From NCBI GenBank assembly GCA_964590345.1, contig CAZPVP010000002.1:9945-73944 (forward strand): DNA of 64,000 nt. Direction: 5' to 3'. The notes under the pieces are model-generated. The model was not told the DNA's origin and made no database searches. It was given only the letters and a program-made list of their open reading frames with translations. The position numbers and the translations under genes were made by a program. Source of the stretch: an uncultured Gammaproteobacteria bacterium (GTDB lineage Bacteria; Patescibacteriota; Patescibacteriia; CAIXNZ01). The first letter of the stretch is position 1; every line of letters begins with the position of its first letter. Below are positions 28,111-36,566 of this stretch, piece after piece.

Positions 28111-29034
28111 TTAAATATCAAATGAGCCCTGCAACATTTTGTCTTGCTCTTTCTTCGGTAAACATTGGAAAAGAGTACCATCCAAAGTAACTTTTTTATA
28201 AATATCCTCAATTATGCTTTTTGCTCCAGTATTTCTAGAAAGAAAAATAAGATAATATTTATTCCTACCCTTATTATAACAAATATCAATTATTTTAGCT
28301 CCAAGTTCGTATTTTTTAGCCACTTTATCATTATAATCAGCAAATATATTCAAATATATTTTTAAATTTTCTTTTTCTTCGCTAGTTAAATTTTTCCAAT
28401 CCTCTCCAAAAAAATCTTGAATTCTTCTTAAATTGCCAATAGCCATTTTTTGTATATCAATAGGTAAATTTTTTTTGCATTTCTTCCCGAAAGCAAGACA
28501 TCTTTCAACTCCCTTACAAATATAATTTATTAAAAATTCCTTTGCGACATTTGGGATATTAAGCATTTTCACTAGCATTTCTCTATAAATATTTATACCA
28601 GCAGGATCTATAAAAAAGAATATAGGAGCTTTACCAGATATAATCGGCAAAATATCATCTATTTTTTTATTTATGTCTCCGTTAAAACATTTAACATAAA
28701 AACCCCTTTTAATATATGGGCTAACAAATTTTTCTAAATCTTGAAAAGCATTTTTATCTTTTTCAACAAAAATACATTTTAAATCTTTATTATATTTTTC
28801 CTTGACCAACTTGGCTATTTCTAAAGCAATTAAGGGCGAACCAAGCACTGAATTTTTAACGCCCTCATTATTATACTTTCCTCTACCTACGAAACAATCA
28901 ATAAAATACATTTCTTGACACCATTTTTGTGCTGCTAATATTTTTGCCCATGCGGATAAATAATCATTTAAAATTTTAAGTTTTGTTTTTGTCTGTGTCT
29001 TATTAGTTATATCCCAAAAATCTTTTTTCTGCAT
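28111..29034 (-). CDS. TcmP-like partner protein (three-Cys-motif partner family resemblance)
   Basis: 307 aa with an N-terminal ...TKLKILNDYLSAWAKILA pattern. The assignment is from recalled family characteristics and needs HMM confirmation. Confidence 0.35.
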   Translation of the reverse strand: MQKKDFWDITNKTQTKTKLKILNDYLSAWAKILAAQKWCQEMYFIDCFVGRGKYNNEGVKNSVLGSPLIALEIAKLVKEKYNKDLKCIFVEKDKNAFQDLEKFVSPYIKRGFYVKCFNGDINKKIDDILPIISGKAPIFFFIDPAGINIYREMLVKMLNIPNVAKEFLINYICKGVERCLAFGKKCKKNLPIDIQKMAIGNLRRIQDFFGEDWKNLTSEEKENLKIYLNIFADYNDKVAKKYELGAKIIDICYNKGRNKYYLIFLSRNTGAKSIIEDIYKKVTLDGTLFQCLPKKEQDKMLQGSFDI

Positions 29035-29088
29035 AAAATATTATTAAATTTAATTTATGCTTTTATTGTGTCCCGAACAAAAACCGAA

Positions 29089-29226
29089 TACAAGCAAACT
29101 TATCCACAGACTCACTCTCCCTCAATTATTTTAACATCCTCTTCCCCCAACCCATACAACTTATACACTGCTTGATCTATCTCATAATCCACTGCCCTTA
29201 TCCTATCCGCATTTTTCTCGCGGGAT
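29089..29226 (-). pseudogene. orphan 3'-terminal fragment of a Type IIG/RM gene
   Basis: It translates to KTPQSREKNADRIRAVDYEIDQAVYKLYGLGEEDVKIIEGE-stop. That is about 75% identical at DNA level to the true C-terminus of the Type IIG gene at 31037-31160 (…KTSESREKNKTKIEAVDYEIDQEVYKLYNLTPEEIKVVEGK-stop). No upstream ORF exists. Confidence 0.55.
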
Positions 29227-29239
29227 TGAGGGGTTTTAT

Positions 29240-29989
29240 TTAATTTTTAATAGTATTTATTATCGATTTATAAATAATATACAATCCTATTATAAAAACA
29301 CATATTCCCCATATTAACATTAAAGCACCCCCCATATTTATTTTTTCTTTAGTTATGAATCCAATATCTGTTAGGGCTAAAAATACTACATTGATTATGA
29401 TAAATAAAATATTTGTGCTAAAAACAAATTTTAAATTATTTTTAAAATTAAATAATTCATCAAAAAAATCATTATATCTTTTTATATTTCTAAAAATTTC
29501 ATTAGCATAATATGCATATAAATTAGATTTTCCTGCTCGTAAATCTATCAGGTGTGCCTCACTATAGCCACATGCATCCTTTAATGCATTTTCAAGATTA
29601 ATTATTTTTATTTGATTAGCTTGTATTTTTGTCTTTATATCATGACCAATTTTTTTTGAATTTTCATAAATATCATATACTTGCTGATATCTATCTTTAT
29701 ATTCAAATAAAGCTAAATATATTTTAACAAGTCTATTATAATAATCCTCTTTTTCTTTTATTAATTTTCCATAAATCAAAACAAAAAAAGTTGCGCTCAA
29801 AGCAATTATCGCACCTAAAGTTTGTGCCATAGCACTAAATAAATATCTAAAAGTATCAACATTGATTATCTGATAGCAATAAACGATAAAAGCTAAAAGA
29901 ATAATTGCAATAATAGATATGAAAATTATTATTGCCACAAAGAATCCTCGTTTAAATTCCTTACTCATATGATAAAAAATCCAGTTCAT
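29240..29989 (-). CDS. hypothetical membrane protein (N-terminal TM plus two C-terminal TMs)
   Basis: 249 aa. It sits between the RM-gene fragment and the 347-aa gene. Its RBS lies within the conserved ...ATTGAGGGGAG junction sequence. Confidence 0.45.
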   Translation of the reverse strand: MNWIFYHMSKEFKRGFFVAIIIFISIIAIILLAFIVYCYQIINVDTFRYLFSAMAQTLGAIIALSATFFVLIYGKLIKEKEDYYNRLVKIYLALFEYKDRYQQVYDIYENSKKIGHDIKTKIQANQIKIINLENALKDACGYSEAHLIDLRAGKSNLYAYYANEIFRNIKRYNDFFDELFNFKNNLKFVFSTNILFIIINVVFLALTDIGFITKEKINMGGALMLIWGICVFIIGLYIIYKSIINTIKN

Positions 29990-30006
29990 ATTTTATCTCC
30001 CCTCAA

Positions 30007-31050
30007 TTATTTTAATCTTTTTACCCGCCCGAAAATTCTATAACCCGAAACAGTTCCCGTATCTTTTATAAAATTCAGATGATGCCTGATAACAAATTGC
30101 AGATTATCCATGCATTTTATGGCTTGTTTTTTGTAGGCATCTAACTCATAAAGATCGTGCTTAGGATGAACCAAATTGCTTGCAGTGGTTGAGATTTCGT
30201 TTACCTTTTTTGCCGCAATTTTACTTATTGGATACTTACCTCGAAATAGAGAATAGCTACGACAAGTTTCCGCCAAATGCTCTATGCTTTTTAGTTTTTT
30301 GTTATCTTTAGCTTGCTTGTAGATATCAAATCCCCTCCCAACTTTTAGGAGAATTCGTATAAGTGCCTGCTCTGTGGCTGTACGACAAACAACAATAGAG
30401 GAATAGTAATACCCGAGGACATAAAGTTCCTGTGCATGGGAGAAAAGATCGAAATAATTACCATCGTAGACCATCACACCTCGATACCTTTGTGACACTG
30501 TTATGTGTCTTTTCCACATTGCCGGTAATTCTTTCTCAAGCCCCGTTCTCCATCCCTGCAGGAATTCACTTTTTTCTTGCCTACGCATAGTCAATGGTAG
30601 ATAACCGCCACCACGAACTTTATGCGCAGTAGTGATTTTAAATTTATTTTCAAGGTCTTTTATTTTTTTAAAATCAGCATGCCAAATCCACCAATCTTTA
30701 TTAAAACGTACTACTAAAATTGTAGCCGATTTCTTACCCAGAGTTGGATCATGCCACTTAACATTTTTAATTTCGTGCAAATCTACATTGATGGGTTTGC
30801 CAGCATTATTCGGATTAAGCTTCCTGTTTTTAAACTCAAGCATTACCTGTACCGCGTTGTCGAGAAAAATACGATGACTTCCGTCGGATAAAATTTCAAT
30901 TCCGGCGACACTAAAATCTTTCAGACCCAGTCGTTTTAATTCAGGCTCAATATATTCTTTTATGGCTTTATTGACTGCCTGGCCAAAGCTTTGATTCTTT
31001 TTTACGTTTTCGTCTAGAATAAAGATTGCCATATTTTTATTTCCCCTCAA
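30007..31050 (-). CDS. hypothetical protein, compositionally distinct (higher GC)
   Basis: 347 aa. Its start overlaps the Type IIG stop by 14 bp. No recognisable motif. Confidence 0.45.
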   Translation of the reverse strand: MRGNKNMAIFILDENVKKNQSFGQAVNKAIKEYIEPELKRLGLKDFSVAGIEILSDGSHRIFLDNAVQVMLEFKNRKLNPNNAGKPINVDLHEIKNVKWHDPTLGKKSATILVVRFNKDWWIWHADFKKIKDLENKFKITTAHKVRGGGYLPLTMRRQEKSEFLQGWRTGLEKELPAMWKRHITVSQRYRGVMVYDGNYFDLFSHAQELYVLGYYYSSIVVCRTATEQALIRILLKVGRGFDIYKQAKDNKKLKSIEHLAETCRSYSLFRGKYPISKIAAKKVNEISTTASNLVHPKHDLYELDAYKKQAIKCMDNLQFVIRHHLNFIKDTGTVSGYRIFGRVKRLK

Positions 31051-34000
31051 CCACCTTAATCTCCTCAGGCGTCAAATTATACAACTTATAAACCTCCTGA
31101 TCAATTTCATAATCCACTGCCTCAATCTTTGTCTTGTTTTTCTCACGGGATTCAGAGGTTTTATTTAATTTAAGCATTTCATCAACAAGTTTGATTATAT
31201 TTTTACTTATCTTTTCATCAGGATCCTTGATAATTGGTAATTCCTTAAGGTATTCTATTGTTATTTGTGTTGTCAATTTCATACCTAGATTATAGGTGTA
31301 TTCATAATAAAAATTCATTAATTCTGAATTAAGAATCGCTAAAATTAGTTTTGGATTATAATCTTTTATACCAAAAATTGAATATACTGTGTTAAAAGCC
31401 AAAACATCTTTATCTTGTGTGACAAATGTACCCCCGGGTCTAGTCGCTATCCTTTTAATAAATATTCTATCTTTATTAAATGCCTCTCTTTTATAATCAA
31501 CACCTTTTAGAGACTCCTGAATATAATAAAAATCATTAATATAATATTTTTTCAATTCTTTACCCGAAATACATTTTATTTTATATTTATCTGTTTCTAT
31601 ATCAGAACTAATACATATACCTTTTTTATTTTTAATTAATCTCTTGCAATTCTTGCAATAATTACTAGCTTTTAGATTATAGTACTTCTCGCTCAATTCA
31701 TTATATACTCCACAACTATCACATTTTATCAAATTTGTTTTTTGACCTAATTCTATACCTCGTTTAATATCTGCTATTTCTTTAAGTTTTACACTAACCT
31801 TGTTAATTGTATTTAATAAATCTTGTTTCTCTTTGGTAATATCAAAAGAAAAAGCTTGAACTGGATTTTTTGAAAAAATATTCTGATTAATTGCGTGACT
31901 GGATACTAAATTACCATCAAAAATCTTTTCAATTATTGTCAGTGCTTTGGATTTAGATTTTGAGATTATGGGGCAGATACAATCAGATGCTACCCCAGGA
32001 AATTTACCGAAATCAATAAATTTAAATAATTGCCAATCATCTAAAATTTTACTTCTTATTATTTTATAAGAAGTATTTTTTATAAAAACTTTTGGAATTA
32101 ATATCCCCATTAATCCATTTGGATTTGTAATATTCACTGATTCTAAAACAAACGGTGCGAAAAGGTTTAAATTTTTAGTATCGATAATATAAGCATTGTT
32201 AATATAATCGGTAATTTCAATAGGCATTTTAGAACTCCATGGTGGATTACCGATCACCGCATCAAATCCGCCGTCCTTAAAAATCTCGCAAAAAGCCACT
32301 GAATAATTAAAAGGCTTTATTTTTTCCAAGTTTTTAAAATATTGTTTCAGGCCATCGTTTAACTTGCCATTAATCAATGTTTCAAATTTTTTAATTTCAA
32401 CCAGTAAATCTTTTTTCTCATCATTGGCTTCAGCTTGATAAAATTTTTCTTTCAGTTCGGTTAATTTAGCAATTTCTGTTTTATAATCATCAAACAAATT
32501 AAGATTCTGTTCTTTTTCTTTAAGCTTTTCTCCGCCAATTAAAGAATTACCGCAACGGATATTTAAATTTAAATTAGGCAAAAGATGCTTACCTTTTAAT
32601 TCTGCAGGGTTAACGCCTTCCAAAGCTTTGATCATTAAATTAAGCTTGGTAATTTCAATCGCTTTAGGGTCAAGATCAACACCAAAAAGATTTTTTTGCA
32701 AAACTTTTTTCCTAAAATCAAAACTCAAAAGCCCGCCTTCTTTGGAAACTTCCAAATATTTATTATAAATCTCTTCAAAAGCGCGAATTAAAAAAGAACC
32801 AGAACCACATGCCGGATCCAAAACTTTTATTTTTTCTACATCTTCAACTGTTTTGCATTTTTTTAATAATTCCCCAACAGTATTTTTAACTATGTAATCA
32901 ACAATATAAGCGGGCGTATAATAAATGCCTTGGGATTTACGTTTTGATTTTTGCTTTTGCTTTAGAGTGTCTTCCCTCTTAATATTGCCTTTGGCAATTT
33001 CACCTAAATAATTCTCATAAACTTCGCCGATTATATGGACACTTAATTTGCTAAAATCAATTTTTTTAAGCTCATTAATAATCTTTATAATTATTTCATC
33101 ATTAATTTTCAATTCATCAGCATCATTAGGTTCAAAAAGTTCAGTGTTGAATTTTTCGTCCATTGCTCTAAAAATTGACTTTAATTCTTCGTATTTTAAC
33201 TGCTTGGACTGCAAGACTGAATCCAAATAATCCTGTGAAATAATATTCCTGTCGCTGCATAAATCAATAAAAATCAAACGATCAATAATTTTCTGGGACA
33301 TTAATTCTGAATCATACTTAGGATAATTTTTAATAATAAAAGCACGCAATTTGGCGCGCCAATTTTTAATTTTATTAAAAAAATCTTTTTTAATCTTATC
33401 CTGTTCAAGATCCAATTGTTCAGGATAATAAATCGGATCAGAATCAATAATGCCGTTTTTTCTAGTTAATTCTGATTTTGATAATTGGCTTAAAAAATTC
33501 AAGCCTTCATCTGACAATAAATCAATATAATATCTTTTATCAGCATTATCCCATAATAAATCATGAAACGCATATTTTCTTTCTTTATATAAACGTCCGT
33601 GCTGGACACTGTATAAACGCCACTCAATAAAATTGGTTAAAACTCCCCAATACAAACCTTCACCGTGGCAATAATTAAATAATTGCTGGGTAAACGGCTT
33701 GTTGCCATAAGAGCCGTCAAGTTTGTCTTTACTAGAAGCATCTTTAGATTCAATCACTAAAAGCTTAGAGCCGGTATCGGATTTTAAAATAATATCAGGA
33801 TTTTTACCGGTTTTAACATCCTGTGCAGTATCCAAAACCCAATTAGAACTATCCCAGCCTAATATTTTAAGCAATTCAATAGTAAAACTGGTTTGAATGT
33901 CTTGTTCGCGTTTTGACCAGCCGTCCTGCGTCTTAAATTTATCAACCAATGCCTGAATCTGCTTTTTTAATTTCGCCTGTTCCAATTCAAGATTTGGCGT

Positions 34001-34057
34001 GTTTAATATTATTTTCTTTTTATCCATAAAGATAGTTGTAATAACCACTATTGACAA
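31037..34057 (-). CDS. Type IIG restriction-modification enzyme (MmeI/Eco57I-like: PD-ExK nuclease plus gamma-class N6-adenine MTase plus TRD)
   Basis: PD...ExK nuclease motif at the N-terminus (NPDIILKSDTGSKLLVIESKD). MTase motif I VLDPACGSGSFL and motif IV VIGNPPWSS. A Zn-ribbon CDSCG...CKNC lies in the C-terminal target-recognition region. 1006 aa. Confidence 0.85.
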   Translation of the reverse strand: MSIVVITTIFMDKKKIILNTPNLELEQAKLKKQIQALVDKFKTQDGWSKREQDIQTSFTIELLKILGWDSSNWVLDTAQDVKTGKNPDIILKSDTGSKLLVIESKDASSKDKLDGSYGNKPFTQQLFNYCHGEGLYWGVLTNFIEWRLYSVQHGRLYKERKYAFHDLLWDNADKRYYIDLLSDEGLNFLSQLSKSELTRKNGIIDSDPIYYPEQLDLEQDKIKKDFFNKIKNWRAKLRAFIIKNYPKYDSELMSQKIIDRLIFIDLCSDRNIISQDYLDSVLQSKQLKYEELKSIFRAMDEKFNTELFEPNDADELKINDEIIIKIINELKKIDFSKLSVHIIGEVYENYLGEIAKGNIKREDTLKQKQKSKRKSQGIYYTPAYIVDYIVKNTVGELLKKCKTVEDVEKIKVLDPACGSGSFLIRAFEEIYNKYLEVSKEGGLLSFDFRKKVLQKNLFGVDLDPKAIEITKLNLMIKALEGVNPAELKGKHLLPNLNLNIRCGNSLIGGEKLKEKEQNLNLFDDYKTEIAKLTELKEKFYQAEANDEKKDLLVEIKKFETLINGKLNDGLKQYFKNLEKIKPFNYSVAFCEIFKDGGFDAVIGNPPWSSKMPIEITDYINNAYIIDTKNLNLFAPFVLESVNITNPNGLMGILIPKVFIKNTSYKIIRSKILDDWQLFKFIDFGKFPGVASDCICPIISKSKSKALTIIEKIFDGNLVSSHAINQNIFSKNPVQAFSFDITKEKQDLLNTINKVSVKLKEIADIKRGIELGQKTNLIKCDSCGVYNELSEKYYNLKASNYCKNCKRLIKNKKGICISSDIETDKYKIKCISGKELKKYYINDFYYIQESLKGVDYKREAFNKDRIFIKRIATRPGGTFVTQDKDVLAFNTVYSIFGIKDYNPKLILAILNSELMNFYYEYTYNLGMKLTTQITIEYLKELPIIKDPDEKISKNIIKLVDEMLKLNKTSESREKNKTKIEAVDYEIDQEVYKLYNLTPEEIKVVEGK

Positions 34058-34144
34058 ATAAAGTGGTGTAATAGATAATTAAATTAGAAGTAAGTCCTCT
34101 TGCGTTGGGATACCGGATGGCGTCCCGCTAAAGCAAGGGGTTTT

Positions 34145-34760
34145 CTATTTAAAGAGAAAATTTTCAGAGATTATTTTCTCTTTTATTATATTGTAATAAT
34201 CATAATCATTTATCTCGTATTTCCTAAATATTGCCCAAGAAATAAAATCTACAGCTTGAAGACTTTTTTCATTATATGCTTTACTAATTCTAATATTAAC
34301 TAAATCTTGTTTCCAGTTCTTTACGCCACCATTTAAATAATTAAGAAAATTTTTATTTAAAAACTTATTAGTTTCTCGCTGATGAAAACAAATATCAATA
34401 TTATTCCATTCTTCAAGAACCTTTGTTTTATGCAATCTATCCAATAAAATATTAGTAACATAATTATATAAAACTTGTTTTTGATCTCTCAGTCTGGTGT
34501 GTACTTTTGTTTTATTTAAAATTACCGATAGTATCTGAATTCAATCCTTGCAAAACTCTTTTTCTGGTAATTTCTTTTTCATGATAGGCATGTAAAATAG
34601 AAACTTTACAATATTTTTTTCTAAGTCCTTTATGCACCTTTTTTAACACACTTTTCCATTTTTCTATGCTTTAAAGTCAAAACAATGGTTACAATAAACC
34701 ATTTACTTGATTTTTTACTAAAACCTAAATCACCGCTTTCATCAAAAAATGTTTTTAACA
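34145..34760 (-). pseudogene. DUF3800-family gene disrupted by at least two frameshifts
   Basis: The N-terminal piece MFMLKTFFDESGDLGFS carries the DUF3800 DESG signature and stops after about 50 codons. The sequence continues in two other frames into the 99-aa ORF 34145-34444. An intact paralog lies at 43256-44029. Confidence 0.6.
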
Positions 34761-34886
34761 TAAACATATATTAAAATTACTATTATTTTACCTTTATTAT
34801 CAGCCAAAAGTCAATTAAACTGCGGCAAGCAAAAAAGCCGGCAAAAAACCGACTTATTTGCTCCCCTCTGTTTTATTAAAATACGA

Positions 34887-35585
34887 TTATTTATTATTGT
34901 TATTTTTATTTTTTTCCAATTCCCTTTCCTCTTCTTTTAATTCTTTTTCAGCTACTTTTTTTTCTGGATAAAACCTCAATAAAGAAAAAACAACCAAACT
35001 GCCTAATAAAATACCGAACAAATTAATTAAAAACAAAGCAATTGAGCCTGACAAAACCTCTAAATTCCAAAAAGCTATGCCAATACCAATCACTGATAAC
35101 GGCGGCAATAAAGCAATCGCCACTGCCACACCGACCAAATGTTTTGAAAATTCTTCTTTGCTAAAAGCAAAAGCAGCGGCAATACCCGAAGCTAAAGCTA
35201 CGCCAAAATAAATAAAATTGGGATGAATACGCGAAATAATCTCATTATTTGGTGTTTTGTCAACCATAAAAAATGCAAAAATTAAAGAAATTGCCACAAC
35301 ACAAACAATGGCAATTGCTAGCACTCTTAAAGAGCGCAGAATTAATTTTCCATCAGCCATAACAATGCCCATGCTAATGGCCAAAATAGGCGAAAGCAAT
35401 GGTGAAACAAGCATACCGCCTATCACTATTGCAGCACTATTTAATAAAAGCCCAAAAGTCGTAATAACAGCTGATAAAATTAAAATCAAAAAAAATGAAT
35501 GAGTTGGCGAGCTGGATTCAATTAAATCTTCAACTGTCTGCTTTCTTTTTTTTGAACTGATTTTTAAAAGCTCTATTTCTGCCAT
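34887..35585 (-). CDS. DUF389/TIGR00341-like hydrophobic membrane protein
   Basis: 232 aa with about 6 TM helices and a K/E-rich C-terminal tail. Confidence 0.45.
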   Translation of the reverse strand: MAEIELLKISSKKRKQTVEDLIESSSPTHSFFLILILSAVITTFGLLLNSAAIVIGGMLVSPLLSPILAISMGIVMADGKLILRSLRVLAIAIVCVVAISLIFAFFMVDKTPNNEIISRIHPNFIYFGVALASGIAAAFAFSKEEFSKHLVGVAVAIALLPPLSVIGIGIAFWNLEVLSGSIALFLINLFGILLGSLVVFSLLRFYPEKKVAEKELKEEERELEKNKNNNNK

Positions 35586-35717
35586 AAAATTCTTTAATTA
35601 TAATTAGTTAATTGTCTTTAATTATAACATAAATTACTTAAAATTAAAATAAATTTGCCATTTTTAAAAAATAGTGATAAATTATGATTATAACCTAAAA
35701 AAGGAGGGAAAATAAAA

Positions 35718-35939
35718 ATGGAAGGAACTTCAAAATCATCCAAACCATGTGCCAGATGCGGCAAACAATTTGTTCCAACAGCGGAAAGAAAATTAACTTG
35801 CGAATCTTGCTATAAAATAAATTCACAATTTCCGCCTTTTGCCGAAGAACAAAATTCAACAAAGAGAAAAGGCGCGCCAATGCAAGATGATTCTGTTTTA
35901 AAAAGAATTCATATTTCCCCGACAAAAATATCAAGATAA
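35718..35939 (+). CDS. small C4 zinc-ribbon protein (TraR/DksA-like spacing)
   Basis: Strong RBS AAAGGAGG. CARCGK-x15-CESCY motif. 73 aa. The overlapping minus ORF 35695-35934 is judged spurious. Confidence 0.5.
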   Translation: MEGTSKSSKPCARCGKQFVPTAERKLTCESCYKINSQFPPFAEEQNSTKRKGAPMQDDSVLKRIHISPTKISR

Positions 35940-35957
35940 ATCTATTTTATTAAATTA

Positions 35958-35985
35958 AATCCCTTATCACAAGGGGTTTTTTTAT
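35958..35985 (+). terminator. rho-independent terminator
   Basis: CCCTT-atcac-AAGGG followed by TTTTTTTATTT. Confidence 0.45.
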
Positions 35986-36087
35986 TTGATCTTGTCGTTC
36001 CTGCCAAAGGCAGACAAGCGCGAACGACAAGGTTGATATTTTATTCTAAAGATATTAAAGTAATAGAAATTTTACAAGGAGGGTAAA

Positions 36088-36552
36088 ATGAGTATATTTG
36101 ATAATAGTATTATTTGGGAAGAAAATGAATATAAAAAATTAGAGCCAGGAATTCGCCGAATAGTTAAAGCCTTACACAAATTAAGAATTCGGACTAAAAT
36201 GTCATGCGAGGGGCATATCAGAGAAAAATGGTATTTTACTGGGATTTTGCCTTATCCATGGGTAATAATAAAACCTTTAGAAAAACAACTGGGTAAAATA
36301 AAAAAAGTTTTAAATACCTGGAACAAGCAAAATCCGGAGGATAAATGGGTATTAACTAGAGAAAGAATTCATGGTTCCTACACTCCGGATTATATTGAAT
36401 ATAAAATTAAAAATCATGAACCTATAGGTACAGTATTTCTGGCTTTAACGCCTGAAAAAGAAAATAACAATTTATCAGCAGAAAAACTAAAACAGCTGCA
36501 AAAAAATGCTAATAAATTAGCCAAGTTTTTATTAAGCAAAACCACCGAATAA
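36088..36552 (+). CDS. hypothetical protein
   Basis: 154 aa ORF with RBS AAGGAGGG. Confidence 0.45.
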   Translation: MSIFDNSIIWEENEYKKLEPGIRRIVKALHKLRIRTKMSCEGHIREKWYFTGILPYPWVIIKPLEKQLGKIKKVLNTWNKQNPEDKWVLTRERIHGSYTPDYIEYKIKNHEPIGTVFLALTPEKENNNLSAEKLKQLQKNANKLAKFLLSKTTE

Positions 36553-36566
36553 TTTTTGGTGGTTTT
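36538..36566. terminator. bidirectional terminator between convergent genes
   Basis: AAAACCACC-loop-GGTGGTTTT spanning both stop codons. Confidence 0.5.

Noticed and set aside
31037-34057. Type IIG enzyme as a BREX PglX methyltransferase
   Set aside because: No brxA/B/C, pglZ or brxL genes are nearby. The N-terminal PD-ExK nuclease and single-polypeptide architecture fit a standalone MmeI-like Type IIG enzyme.
34058-34144. Plus-strand terminator-like hairpin CCTCTTGC...GCAAGGGG-TTTTCTATTT with no plus-strand gene upstream
   Set aside because: It most likely serves the minus-strand DUF3800 pseudogene or is a structural remnant, and there is no evidence for an independent feature. It is mentioned under the DUF3800 finding.
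35695-35934. 79-aa minus-strand ORF overlapping the small zinc-ribbon gene
   Set aside because: The plus-strand ORF has a canonical AAAGGAGG RBS, a C4 motif and a paralog elsewhere. The minus ORF has none of these.
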